This document shows, one piece after another, positions 34,973 to 44,771 of a stretch of DNA of 64,000 nt. Below the pieces are notes generated by a model, which saw nothing but the letters and a program-made list of their open reading frames with translations, was not told the origin of the DNA and ran no database searches. Numbering within the stretch: the stretch's first letter is position 1; every line of letters begins with the position of its first letter. Location: contig JAGVUR010000156.1 in the NCBI GenBank assembly GCA_019136135.1, positions 533 to 64,532 of the forward strand. The letters run 5' to 3'. The stretch is from Verrucomicrobiota bacterium (GTDB lineage Bacteria > Verrucomicrobiota > Lentisphaeria > Oligosphaerales > Oligosphaeraceae). A program made the position numbers and the translations under genes.

Positions 34973-36262
34973 TTAAAGCAGCATTGAAGCTGTTTCAGCG
35001 AGTTCGGATCTTTCTCCCTTGAGTAGAGTGATGTGGGCTGAAATCGTTGATGACAGGAATTTGTCCACCAGTTGCGTCAGTCCGTTTGAGATTGCGTCCA
35101 CGTATGGGTTGTCGATCTGGGCTGGATCTCCAGTCAGGATGATTTTAGATCCGTTTCCGACTCTTGTTATCGCGGTTTTGACCTCTAGGGGGGTTAGGTT
35201 TTGGGCTTCATCGATGATGATGAACTGGTTTGGGATCGATCGTCCCCTGATGTAGGTGAGCGGTTCGATTAGGATTTCCTGGCATGACATAATGTCATTT
35301 GGGAGCGTACGGTTAGGCATTTTCTTGTCTTGTGCGCGAATGAAGTCGAGTGCGTCGTAGACGGGTTGCATCCAAGGCTTCATTTTCTCGTTGATGTCGC
35401 CGGGAAGGTATCCTAGATCCCTGGAGACTGGCATGGTTGGCCTGAAAACCAGCAGTTTTTGGAATTTCCCCATTGCGAATACCTGGTGGAGTCCGGCAGC
35501 GATGGCGAGCAGGGTTTTTCCCGTACCGGCTTTCCCTGCGAGAGTGACGAGTTTGATGTTATCGTCGAGCAGGGCGTCGATCGTGAATACTTGTTCCAGG
35601 TTGAGCGGTCGAATTCCGCAGCAGTGCTTGGTTGTGTCGTCAAGGGGCCACAATTCTTTTGTTTGCGCTGTGTATTTGGCGCACTGTGCGATTTTTGGGT
35701 TGTCTTTTTGTCTTGCGAAGACGTACTCGTTGGGGTGCAATTTGTATTTTTCTGCTGGGATTGGGAGTTTTGCCTTGAGTTTTTCGATGGCATGTTGCTC
35801 CATGTCCTTGATGTGCCATCCCTTGATTGTGTTTGTGTCCCGCGCCGTCGCTTGCTCGTAGTCTCTTGCAGGGATTCCGAGTGCGTCCGCCTTAAGCCTG
35901 AGGTTGACATTCTTCGTGATGATGATCGGACCTTCTTGTGGGACGTGTGGGGTGAGCTTGAGCGCGAGCCTGAGGATTGCGTCGGCGGCATCCCGATCTT
36001 GTCGTGACTCGGCGGAGCTGTCCCCGACGATTTTGAGCGTTGCACCGTTGTTGAGTTTGACGCCGTCCTTGAGTGATCCTCTAGTCCTTAGGTTGTCGAT
36101 ATTGATGGCGACTTGCCTTGCATTTCGTCCTGTTTCGCTTGAATCGTACTTGAATCGGTCGATTTCCTCTACGACTGCAAGGGGTATGAGGAGTGATTTT
36201 TCTGGGAAGTGGAATATTGCCTGTGGGTCGAAAAGGAGGACATTGGTATCAAGAATGAGCAT
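34973..36262 (-). CDS. PIN-domain / PhoH-like ATPase (YlaK family)
   Basis: MLILDTNVLLFDP (PIN), LAGKAGTGKTLLA (Walker A), IIIDEAQN (Walker B). Confidence 0.9.
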   Translation of the reverse strand: MLILDTNVLLFDPQAIFHFPEKSLLIPLAVVEEIDRFKYDSSETGRNARQVAINIDNLRTRGSLKDGVKLNNGATLKIVGDSSAESRQDRDAADAILRLALKLTPHVPQEGPIIITKNVNLRLKADALGIPARDYEQATARDTNTIKGWHIKDMEQHAIEKLKAKLPIPAEKYKLHPNEYVFARQKDNPKIAQCAKYTAQTKELWPLDDTTKHCCGIRPLNLEQVFTIDALLDDNIKLVTLAGKAGTGKTLLAIAAGLHQVFAMGKFQKLLVFRPTMPVSRDLGYLPGDINEKMKPWMQPVYDALDFIRAQDKKMPNRTLPNDIMSCQEILIEPLTYIRGRSIPNQFIIIDEAQNLTPLEVKTAITRVGNGSKIILTGDPAQIDNPYVDAISNGLTQLVDKFLSSTISAHITLLKGERSELAETASMLL

Positions 36263-36480
36263 AATTTGGGTTTCGGCGTATGATTTTTGTCTAAAAGGTT
36301 GTGAAATTTCAGAAAAAACGTTTTTAATTTCTTTACGTTTGGTAAAATATGGATTACGTTAGTCAGTTAATTGGTGCGTTTTTCGCTATCTTAACAAGAT
36401 AGTACATGAACGATGAAATGCGAATCTTCAGCCGCCTCAGAATATGTCGATGCATTTGGTAATTTAGCTTGGGGAGTGTG

Positions 36481-37410
36481 ATGGCAGTACTTGATATAGT
36501 CAGGCATGTGTTTGAGATCCTGATTTTATGGATGCTGATCTACATGTTGCTGTGGATATTGCGCGGCAGCCGCGGTCTTCGCGTATTGGTTGGTGTTATG
36601 GTCGGTCTTTTGGCATTTCAGAAGCTCGCCTCCTGGCTTTCTCTGCCTGTTTTGGTTTATTTGAGCCGCGCGACGATTAGCTTCATGCCCATTTTTTTGG
36701 TTGTTGTATTTCGCGATGAATTGCACCGCGTGATGATGTCGGTGTTGGGTCGTCCGTTTTTTCCATCTGGGGATCGCATCCAGGAGACTCGCGAAGGTGA
36801 GAAGGAGTACGAGTTGACGTCCTTGTTGGTTCCTGCGTTGCGTCGTCTATCCATGTCAAACACGGGTGCCTTGATAGCGATTGAGCAGGAAGTGAGTTTG
36901 GCATATATCGCTGATTTCGGTCATCCAGTCCAGGCTCGGTTGTTGCATGACAGTCCTTTGTTGGACACGATATTCTACGAGGGTTCTCCGATGCACGATG
37001 GTGGGATTGTGATCAGGGATGACATCGTTGTTGCCGCAGGGTGTCAGTTTCCGATGCCTGACAATGGGGGTGTCAAGGATTTGTCTCGCAACTTGGGCAT
37101 GCGCCATCGTGCGGCAGTGTCCTTGAGCGAGCAGACTGATGCTGTTGTTTTGGTTGTTTCGGAGGAGACAGGTCGGATTAGCCTTGCCCATGAGGGGAAG
37201 TTGACTGTGATTGGGAACGATGTTGAGAGGATGGCTTTCGAGTTGAATCGAAGCCTCCAACGCGCAAAGGAAGTGGAAATTGACCGTCCAATCCTGATGG
37301 AGTTGTACCGTAGTTTTTACCTGTTGGGTCAACGGATACGCCGTTCGCTGGGCATGATGCGTAGTCGTGACGGGAAAAAGAAAGAGAAAGGCGAGAAGCG
37401 CAACAAATAA
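36481..37410 (+). CDS. cdaA: diadenylate cyclase CdaA
   Basis: Three N-terminal TM segments; GALIAIE...MHDGGIVI...GMRHRAAVSLSEQTDAVVLVVSEETG. Confidence 0.9.
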   Translation: MAVLDIVRHVFEILILWMLIYMLLWILRGSRGLRVLVGVMVGLLAFQKLASWLSLPVLVYLSRATISFMPIFLVVVFRDELHRVMMSVLGRPFFPSGDRIQETREGEKEYELTSLLVPALRRLSMSNTGALIAIEQEVSLAYIADFGHPVQARLLHDSPLLDTIFYEGSPMHDGGIVIRDDIVVAAGCQFPMPDNGGVKDLSRNLGMRHRAAVSLSEQTDAVVLVVSEETGRISLAHEGKLTVIGNDVERMAFELNRSLQRAKEVEIDRPILMELYRSFYLLGQRIRRSLGMMRSRDGKKKEKGEKRNK

Positions 37411-37421
37411 TTGGGGCGGCT

Positions 37422-38465
37422 ATGTTTTTAGGTATGCTGAAGCGGATATGTCGTCGATTCATGAACGACTTTGTACGGCGCCTGTTGGCGTTGGCTCTGG
37501 CGTTGTTTGTTTGGGCCTGGATTAACTTGGAAGTGAGCGACGAGGCTGATTTGGAGAACATCACGGTCAAGGTCGATTACGATTCCGCCCTGATGAAGGT
37601 TTCACCGGACAGCTTCGTGATTCAGAGCCTGCGTGTGCGCTATCAGGGAATCGACAAGGAGAATACAGATTGGCGATTGCCGACGAAGTACAAGCTTGTG
37701 GCCAAGCTTCCCGAAGACCTTAAAGGAGAGGGGAAATACTCGTTTTTGCTGAAGGATTTGCATTTGGATGTACTGCCTGAAGGGGTGACTCTGAAGTCCA
37801 TGAGGCCAGAGTCGTTGAATGTCGCCTATGACATGAAGGTATCTGAAAAGAAGGACATTCAGTTTCCTCGGAATCAAACGATGCCCAATGGCGACGTGAT
37901 CAAATTTACGCTTGCGGTCCCCTACGCGAAAATCAATGTGAGCGGACCATACAGCATTGTCCACAAGTTGCAGGCACTTCAGCTTGAGGAGCCTGATTTG
38001 TCACAACTGGACAAATCGGACGTCGTCTTGAGAATCGTCAATCCTGACCCGCGGAACGTGACGCTTAATCCTGCGAGCATTTCGTTTCAGCTTGACCGAC
38101 AGCGCTTGGGCGAACGCTCCTATGAGCGAATTCCATTTCTGCTCCTTCCAAGAAACAGCGACCTGGTATTGGTGAATTCGGAGTTACCGACGGTTCGCGT
38201 GCGTCTGCGTGGATCAGAATGGGATTTGGAAGAATTGGGCAAGCCGACCTCGATGCTTCGGGCATACCTTGATATGACGGAAGTTGTTGAGGCAGGGGAG
38301 CATCGGGAAATTGAAGTCCGGGTGTGCGGCTTGCCGAAGAGCGGCGTTGACGTGGTTAGCATCGATCCAGATAAGATCCATGATATTGTGCTGCGCCGTC
38401 GCGAACCCGCAGAACAAGTTTCGCCTCAGCCTGAAGCCGTTGAGCAGAAGCCCGAACCCAAGTGA
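37422..38465 (+). CDS. cdaR: YbbR-domain protein (CdaA regulator)
   Basis: N-terminal TM, repeated beta-rich modules, conserved position immediately after cdaA. Confidence 0.7.
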   Translation: MFLGMLKRICRRFMNDFVRRLLALALALFVWAWINLEVSDEADLENITVKVDYDSALMKVSPDSFVIQSLRVRYQGIDKENTDWRLPTKYKLVAKLPEDLKGEGKYSFLLKDLHLDVLPEGVTLKSMRPESLNVAYDMKVSEKKDIQFPRNQTMPNGDVIKFTLAVPYAKINVSGPYSIVHKLQALQLEEPDLSQLDKSDVVLRIVNPDPRNVTLNPASISFQLDRQRLGERSYERIPFLLLPRNSDLVLVNSELPTVRVRLRGSEWDLEELGKPTSMLRAYLDMTEVVEAGEHREIEVRVCGLPKSGVDVVSIDPDKIHDIVLRRREPAEQVSPQPEAVEQKPEPK

Positions 38466-38534
38466 TGTTGAAGAGTGGAATTGCTTCGACAGCGAATCCC
38501 GTCGAAGCAACTCAACATCTTCACGGGGTTGTCC

Positions 38535-38884
38535 TAAAAAAAGAAGCTGACGCCAGCTCTTTATTCCTAATGCATTGAAAAAGTGGCTTTCAAGCTACCG
38601 TTTTGGGACACTAAATGCAGTGGCGCAATGATTGAAATGCGTCAAACCTCTGTAGCGCCTTTACAAGGCGCCCGGCTTGGTGGGCATCCACCCCCAGGCT
38701 AAAGTCTGGGGTTAAGCATGGTCAGGCGCTTACGGCGCCAATGCGTTATGTGGTTCCGTCAGGCCTCTCCGACCTGCCCGACCAGGAATGCGCCTGTTTT
38801 AGCCATTTGACTGCTGACAGCCCCTTGAGTACGAGCACTCTGGGTGACCGTACTCAGGTAGCCATGGCGCAACTGCTTTTTTTA
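38535..38884. mobile_element. MITE-like element (copy E3), diverged; its right half is replaced by an inverted REP hairpin
   Basis: Ends are TAAAAAAAGAAGCTGA (38535-38550) and GCAACTGCTTTTTTTA (38869-38884). It shares the modules TGTAGCGCCTTTACAAGGCGCCC, GGGCATCC, the CCCCAGG...CTGGGG hairpin and TTAAGCATGGTCAGGCGCTTACGGCGCC with E1/E2. I could not find a flanking duplication. Confidence 0.65.
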
Positions 38885-38895
38885 GCTTCACAGGT

Positions 38896-41217
38896 TTACT
38901 TGAGCTTGAGGATTTCCTGGGCTAGGATTCGTCTTTGTTTTTCGATGATTTGCGGGTCCTTGGTCCAGTTCTTGAAGTCGACGATGACAGGATTGATGAT
39001 CGCCTCGACCTTCTCCTGTGCGTTGTTTTTCTCTGCCAGGAGCTTTCTGTAGATGTTGAAGTATTCGACGTCTTCGTTTCCGTCCCTGATGATTTCCAAT
39101 CTCATTGAGGTCACCGGTCCATCGATGCCGACTTGCTTTCCGGGATAGACCAGGAATCCGTCGCCATTGGCATGCGGGAAGAGTTCCGCCTCGTCCCAGA
39201 CTTCGACTTCCTTCTGGTATTTTCCTTCTCGGTATTTTGTGCAGACGTTGACGCACCAGTAGAGCACGCCTTCGACCTGATGCTTTGCCTGCAGCCATGA
39301 GAGGACTCGGTGCGAGGTGCCGTAGTCGTCGATCAGGTAGGTTGGATAGGGTGCTCGCGGTCCGCAGCATGTGTACCACCAGAGTCGTTCTCCGAGTTCT
39401 CGGCGCTTGTTGCAGTCTTCCCATTTGATGGAACTGAGGATTGGGCACCAGATGTCAATGTGTCCGAAGAGTTTTTCTGTTGGCTGGACGGTCATCAGGT
39501 ACGGGATGTCGCTGACGGCTTCATGGGCTTGCTTTGATTGCTCGATGATTGCGGGGTATCGTTCCGGCGGCGGCTCGTCGTCGATGTAGAGATATGCCTT
39601 GTGGTACCATCCATTTTTCTTGATGTGGTCGATGGTTTTCCTGAGGTTGTCCTTTTCGACCTTTCCCCATGGTGCCGGGATTGAGAAGGACCTGACCAAT
39701 GGGTTGTCCAGGTACTTGTGGGCTTCCTGGGAGAATATGCTGACCGGAATCGCTCCGGCTCCGAGGCGGCGTTCCGTGATGAACCAGTAGTATTGGTCCC
39801 TGAGCTTTTTGAATTCCTCGGAATCTCTATCGACCTCATGCGCCTGCGCTATGAAGTTTGGCCAGATGGCGAATGCGGACATGAAGGTCGGCGTGATCGG
39901 GATTTGGAAATCATAGACTTGGATGCTAAGGGGGAATGTCTTCTTGTAGTTGCCTTCGGCGGTGATTTCCACGGAGGCCTTGTAGTTTCCCGGCGGGCAA
40001 TCCGGCGCCGTTTGGATTTGGATCCAGAACGATTGGTTGGCGTCTGCTGGTACGTCAACGGGTTCCTTGTAGGGGGGGAGGGCATCTGCGAAGAGTCCGG
40101 TCGGTCGCTTCAATGCTGGGTCGCAGGTCGTGTCCCTGACGGTCGTATATTTGGCAACAAGGATTTTGGCGTTGATATGCTTGGCGTCGGCTTGTTTCCC
40201 GTTCTCGTCGAGGATCTCAGTTGCCTTGATGGCGAGGCTTTGTATCGGTGCGCCCTTGGCGAAGACGACGATTTGCTGGGCTTCGGTTTCGTTTTTCGCG
40301 AGTGCGATGTCCAGGTTGTCGGAGCCGGTGTTTTGCGGGATTGCCTGGTATCGCCTATACTTGTTGAGGACGGAGTCCGCGAAGGCGACGATTGTGGGAT
40401 TCTTGCCCGGATTGAGGTTGATGGTCGCCTTCGGAGGGTTGGGCGATACGTCATGGAAGATATTGCATGCCGAGATCACGTAGGAAACTTGTCCCCGGTC
40501 GGCGGGAATCGTTTCGTCGAGGAATGTAGTGCCTGTAGTTTTTCCGATTGGTTCCGCTCCAGTGACGATATCGGGGTACCGCGATCTGAAGACGTAGTAT
40601 GTGACATCCTTGGTTTTGCTAGGTTGCCATTGGAGCTTGCAGGCTTGTCCTTCTTTTGTCACGACGAGGTTTTCAGGCGGCATTGGCGACGGCAACGCCT
40701 TTCCGAAGACGACTTGGTCAATCCATCCGTCTCCCTCGCATTCCTTGCCGTAGAGCTCGAAGCGTGCCACGTACTCAACAGTCTCACTAGCGGTCGTGAA
40801 CTTGACGCATACGGGTGTCCAGTTGATGGTGTTGGACCTTTTCCCAGGAGCGCAGCGGATCCACTTGTTGTTTTCGCCGTATTCGTATCCGAAGAGTGTG
40901 CCTTCGCCGCGAACCATCGCGCTGAGCATATATTCCGTGTTTGGTTCGACCTTGTGGCTTTGTGAAAGTGCGGCGACGTGGCTCGTTCCGTCAACGACCT
41001 TGTGGATGTATCCGCAGTGCTTTCCGTCGTAGGGATTGTCTGTTGTGATTCCTGCGTGGGAGGTGCCTGTGCAATGGTTGCCCCAGCCTACCGGCTGTCC
41101 GTCTTGGGTTACACCGTCCTCGAAGGATGGGTTTTTGATCCAATTGTCCTGTGCGCAGGCGACGAGCGCCGCAAATGCGATTGCGGCGATGCATCGGAAT
41201 AGTTTTTTGGTGTTCAT
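38896..41217 (-). CDS. secreted DUF4091-domain glycoside-hydrolase-like protein with N-terminal CBM/Fn3-like modules
   Basis: Signal MNTKKLFRCIAAIAFAALVACA; WWYTCCGPRAPYPTYLIDDYGTSHRVLSWLQAKHQVEGVLYW is typical of DUF4091. Confidence 0.75.
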   Translation of the reverse strand: MNTKKLFRCIAAIAFAALVACAQDNWIKNPSFEDGVTQDGQPVGWGNHCTGTSHAGITTDNPYDGKHCGYIHKVVDGTSHVAALSQSHKVEPNTEYMLSAMVRGEGTLFGYEYGENNKWIRCAPGKRSNTINWTPVCVKFTTASETVEYVARFELYGKECEGDGWIDQVVFGKALPSPMPPENLVVTKEGQACKLQWQPSKTKDVTYYVFRSRYPDIVTGAEPIGKTTGTTFLDETIPADRGQVSYVISACNIFHDVSPNPPKATINLNPGKNPTIVAFADSVLNKYRRYQAIPQNTGSDNLDIALAKNETEAQQIVVFAKGAPIQSLAIKATEILDENGKQADAKHINAKILVAKYTTVRDTTCDPALKRPTGLFADALPPYKEPVDVPADANQSFWIQIQTAPDCPPGNYKASVEITAEGNYKKTFPLSIQVYDFQIPITPTFMSAFAIWPNFIAQAHEVDRDSEEFKKLRDQYYWFITERRLGAGAIPVSIFSQEAHKYLDNPLVRSFSIPAPWGKVEKDNLRKTIDHIKKNGWYHKAYLYIDDEPPPERYPAIIEQSKQAHEAVSDIPYLMTVQPTEKLFGHIDIWCPILSSIKWEDCNKRRELGERLWWYTCCGPRAPYPTYLIDDYGTSHRVLSWLQAKHQVEGVLYWCVNVCTKYREGKYQKEVEVWDEAELFPHANGDGFLVYPGKQVGIDGPVTSMRLEIIRDGNEDVEYFNIYRKLLAEKNNAQEKVEAIINPVIVDFKNWTKDPQIIEKQRRILAQEILKLK

Positions 41218-41241
41218 GGCTGTCCTCGCTGGTTATGTTTG

Positions 41242-42279
41242 TTAACTATCGAAATCATCGAATTTGACCAGTACTTTTTCCAGTGTGTTTTTGCAGTAGT
41301 TGCAGGTTGGGCAGAATGAGTTGCATGTCGATGTTTTTTCGAACCAGTTTTCTGGGAAGAGGGTATTGTCAATGACGTACGGCGCGATTGCCGGCCCGTG
41401 TCCTGGTTCGAAGAGGTCGACTAGGTTTCCGTAGTGTTTTCCCGTTGCGTAGGCATGGATGACCATTCTTGGGTTTTGGTGCATCCTTGTCGCGAGCTTG
41501 ATGGTCGGGACGATATCTGCATAGTGTTTCAGGTCTTCCGGCCTGATCCAAGTTGCCTGTAGGATTGCGGACCAGTTTTCACGTTGCTTGAGGTGTCTCC
41601 AGCATGTGTGCGGAATCCACTTTTCGAGGGGGGCGATTTCATCGATTTCTTGTTCATGGGCGACCATGTTGTCATGGAATACTTGTCCAGGGCAGTATCT
41701 GAAACAGCCCGAATTGGCTAGGAGGACGAGTGATTTTCCCATTGAATCAGCCAGCGCCTTCATGTTTTTGAGGTAGTCGAGATTTCGTTGGTTGTCTCGT
41801 TGGAGGCAATAGGAATCGAAGATCGACTTGCTGTATTCGAAGCCCTGACAGGTTCCGATTCTCATGTTGACGGACGCCCTGACCTCAATGTCCGGAAAAT
41901 GCTTTTTGAGGATATGCGCAATTGCAGGGGAGGCGGTAGTGACGATATCGACCCCATCCAGGATATCATAGAGGTGCGTGATGAGCGAGCCGACTTGGTT
42001 TTCAAGGAATTGGCTTGATGCATATTGTCCATTGCAGTTTGCATTGAGCAGGAGATCGAGTTTCATGCCCATGCTTTTGAGTTCGTGGAGGTCTCGTTCA
42101 AGGGTTGCCTGGGTCATCCAGTCCACGATGCCTCGCGAAACATTCAGGGCGGCACGACCCGTGGCAAATCCTGGCCAGGGGAAATACACTTCCCCAATGA
42201 CGTCCTTATAGTCCTTGACGATATCGACGAATGTTTCCCGCCCTTCGTCGGGCAGCTGGTATCCAACGGTGAATTGCAT
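41242..42279 (-). CDS. hypothetical TIM-barrel-like protein, possibly peptidase-U32-related; Cys-rich C-terminus
   Basis: LLANSGCFRYCPGQ...TCNSFCPTCNYCK. Only a weak resemblance to the U32 family, so the call is tentative. Confidence 0.4.
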   Translation of the reverse strand: MQFTVGYQLPDEGRETFVDIVKDYKDVIGEVYFPWPGFATGRAALNVSRGIVDWMTQATLERDLHELKSMGMKLDLLLNANCNGQYASSQFLENQVGSLITHLYDILDGVDIVTTASPAIAHILKKHFPDIEVRASVNMRIGTCQGFEYSKSIFDSYCLQRDNQRNLDYLKNMKALADSMGKSLVLLANSGCFRYCPGQVFHDNMVAHEQEIDEIAPLEKWIPHTCWRHLKQRENWSAILQATWIRPEDLKHYADIVPTIKLATRMHQNPRMVIHAYATGKHYGNLVDLFEPGHGPAIAPYVIDNTLFPENWFEKTSTCNSFCPTCNYCKNTLEKVLVKFDDFDS

Positions 42280-42306
42280 AGTGGCTTGCTGGGGTAGGGC
42301 TGTAGG

Positions 42307-43350
42307 TTAAGATTGTATTTTCTTGACTCTGATGGTTGGTGCAAGCAGGTTTTCACCCGAACCCTTCGCAGTTGAATGGATCAATTCGATTTGCTTGTCC
42401 AACCATAGGCTTCTGATGTATTCGTAGGCGAGCATCGTTGATTGATCAATGGTGTCCTTGGTCCAAAGGGGTTTGATTTTGCCGGCGAGTTCTCCGACCG
42501 AATGGGCTGCGTTGTCGGAAATCAGTTGGTCCATGATGTGTGTTGCCTGTGGCCATGGGGTATTGGGTTCCAGCAGTTTTTGGGTGAACCATGCGTCGAT
42601 GGGTGAGAATTGTACTCCGTCTTCGCTCATTTGCATTGCGCAGCACATTGGGACGGGCTGGATCCAGGGGACGTCGAAGGAGTGCAGTGGGATTGCCGAG
42701 GTTGAGATATACATTCCGTCGTCGTGCTTGTATCCCCACATCAGCGGTGCATCGAGCCTTACTGCCGCCAGTGATTTGGGTTCCTTGTCTGAGATTGCGA
42801 GCGCGGCGATGGCGCTGGGGCTTTCCGTGATCATGGTCGCCATGGCGTCCTTGAGGGATTTTCCATTGTTGACATGGTTGTATGCGACAAGACCGCACAT
42901 CACGTCGCTGAAATGGACGCAGTTGCCGTCAGAGTAGGCGTTGTATTTCCCGACCTTCCTGGGGACGGCGGATCCAAATGTAAATCCCTGGTCCTTAAGG
43001 AATTGATACCAATGGTTCCTATCGACCTTGTCTTCGAAGATGCCCATCGTTCCATTGGCGCAATAGGCTACGTGTCCGTCCGAGGAGAAAAAGGGATGGG
43101 CCCAGGATTGGTAGGGGTCGCCGGGGGAACGGCTGTGCGCGATGCCGACATTGCCCGGAAGGTTCAACGCATCCGTTTCAGCGATGAGCTTGGCCACGTC
43201 GCCAACGACTTTGGCGGAATGGATCTTGCCTTCGTGGATGGTCGCAATGCCGCTGAAATGTCCTCCGCCGAAACCTTCTTGTTGCTTGAGCAGATCGAGA
43301 AGCTTGGGGGCTGCGCGGTGACGTCCTGCATATCCGTTCATGTTGCACAT
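42307..43350 (-). CDS. class II (Ntn) glutamine amidotransferase domain protein with an uncharacterised C-terminal domain
   Basis: Met-Cys N-terminus, MCNMNGYAGRHRAAPKLLDLLKQQEGFGGGHFSGIA, parallels GlmS/PurF (MCGIVG...). No SIS or PRT domain follows. Confidence 0.65.
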   Translation of the reverse strand: MCNMNGYAGRHRAAPKLLDLLKQQEGFGGGHFSGIATIHEGKIHSAKVVGDVAKLIAETDALNLPGNVGIAHSRSPGDPYQSWAHPFFSSDGHVAYCANGTMGIFEDKVDRNHWYQFLKDQGFTFGSAVPRKVGKYNAYSDGNCVHFSDVMCGLVAYNHVNNGKSLKDAMATMITESPSAIAALAISDKEPKSLAAVRLDAPLMWGYKHDDGMYISTSAIPLHSFDVPWIQPVPMCCAMQMSEDGVQFSPIDAWFTQKLLEPNTPWPQATHIMDQLISDNAAHSVGELAGKIKPLWTKDTIDQSTMLAYEYIRSLWLDKQIELIHSTAKGSGENLLAPTIRVKKIQS

Positions 43351-43414
43351 GGCTGTTTCCTTGTCGTTAGATTTTATAACTTACCCAAAAAATCAACACA
43401 ATAGCCATACTATA

Positions 43415-44047
43415 TCACATGATGCAGTTGGCCTTGAAGATCAGGATCGGGTGGTTGTCCGGGAATGTCAGCGTGAAAGAGGTGTCTGTTGCTTCGTTTA
43501 GTGTTGCCTGCCACCATGCCGTTGGTATCAGTCCGTTCAAGGGGTACTTGAGGTTGGTCGATTGTATCGGCGTATCAGGAACCATGGCGAAGATTGAGAT
43601 TTGCTGGCCTGGGATTGCATCGACGGTGCTGGAGTTGAGCAGGACCTGGAAGCATCCGTCATCGGTGACCATTTTGATGTCCGGCGAAGTCTTTGCGAAA
43701 TCGACTAGGAGCGAGATGTTTCCGAGCGTATGGTCTTCCCGTTTTCCGGTTGCACCGAGGATGACGATGTTGTCGGTCCACTTCTTTTGGATGCAGAATC
43801 TGAATGCCTTTGAGAGGTCGTTGGTTTCTTGTTCCGGGATGTGTACGACCTTGTCCTGGAGCTGGATTTTGAGTTTGGGGTCGAGGCTGTCGAGGTCTCC
43901 GACGACGGCTGTTGGGACGAGGTTTGCCTTGAGCAATGTCGCGGCGGCGCCATCGCAACAAATGATTCTTTGTGCGTTTTGGAGGATATTTCTTGGAACT
44001 GTTGCCTGTGGGAAGCTTCCGTTGGCGAGGATAACTGTCGTACTCAT
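43415..44047 (-). CDS. thiN: thiamine pyrophosphokinase
   Basis: ICCDGAA...VVGDLDSL...ETNDLSKA...ILGATGKREDH. ATGA overlap with the upstream pnuC-like gene. Confidence 0.85.
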   Translation of the reverse strand: MSTTVILANGSFPQATVPRNILQNAQRIICCDGAAATLLKANLVPTAVVGDLDSLDPKLKIQLQDKVVHIPEQETNDLSKAFRFCIQKKWTDNIVILGATGKREDHTLGNISLLVDFAKTSPDIKMVTDDGCFQVLLNSSTVDAIPGQQISIFAMVPDTPIQSTNLKYPLNGLIPTAWWQATLNEATDTSFTLTFPDNHPILIFKANCIM

Positions 44048-44766
44048 TGCCTGATTTCCTTTCGCCACTTGATAAAGAAGATGATTCCATTGGCGAGTGC
44101 GACGCACCAATAGAGGAGTGTTGCGATGGAGCCGTATCCGTCGAGGTATGCGTTGAGCCAAAGGATGATTGACGTTGCATTGACGATGGTCCAAAGGAGC
44201 CATTGCTCAATGCATCTTTTGACGGTGAGTACCATTGCGGTGATGGAAAGGATCGTTGTTGTGCTGTCCAGGATTGGTTGCGGATCCTTGAGTTTGGCGA
44301 GGACGATTGCGTATAAGGCGATGCCCAGAATGGACAGGACGACGGTGATGGCGCGTCCTGTCCAGGTCAAGGCGGTCTTGACGATTTCAGCCTTCTCGTC
44401 CAGGCGCTTGCTCCAGAAGATGAGACCGATGAACATCATCGGGAGGTAGTATCCCCAGTTGAGCATCGTCTCGCCGAGAAGCTTCGCATGGTACGAAACA
44501 AGGCCGTAGCCAATCGTGTTGACAATCCCGAACAGGTAGCAGGAACATTTCCCCTTTCCCGCAATCAAAGTGTACATGATCCCGGTTATCGCGGCGATGA
44601 TTCCGATGGCGCTGTCCTTGAGCCAAAGTGAAATCCCAAGGACTGCGGCAACGCAAAAAACCATCCAGGACACCTCAAGCGCCGTCCAGCCGGATAGCTC
44701 CAGGCGGATAAAACTAACGGCGCGGGAAGGGGATATCGTGCCTAAGGCGGTGCGAGAAGAGGACAT
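44044..44766 (-). CDS. pnuC: PnuC-family vitamin transporter (likely thiamine-type, PnuT)
   Basis: 7-TM profile; C-terminal WLNAYLDGYGSIATLLYWCVALANGIIFFIKW. Coupled to the thiamine pyrophosphokinase gene. Confidence 0.8.
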   Translation of the reverse strand: MSSSRTALGTISPSRAVSFIRLELSGWTALEVSWMVFCVAAVLGISLWLKDSAIGIIAAITGIMYTLIAGKGKCSCYLFGIVNTIGYGLVSYHAKLLGETMLNWGYYLPMMFIGLIFWSKRLDEKAEIVKTALTWTGRAITVVLSILGIALYAIVLAKLKDPQPILDSTTTILSITAMVLTVKRCIEQWLLWTIVNATSIILWLNAYLDGYGSIATLLYWCVALANGIIFFIKWRKEIRQ

Positions 44767-44771
44767 GGTGC

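Noticed and set aside
39718-40965. 415-aa plus-strand ORF. Similar long antisense ORFs lie at 7280-8254, 45003-45785, 46434-47447, 55547-56347, 56435-57133, 57804-58646, 32652-33485 and 10993-11709.
   Set aside because: All of them lie opposite confidently assigned genes and have low-complexity, Arg/Gly/Val-rich translations. I treated them as non-coding.
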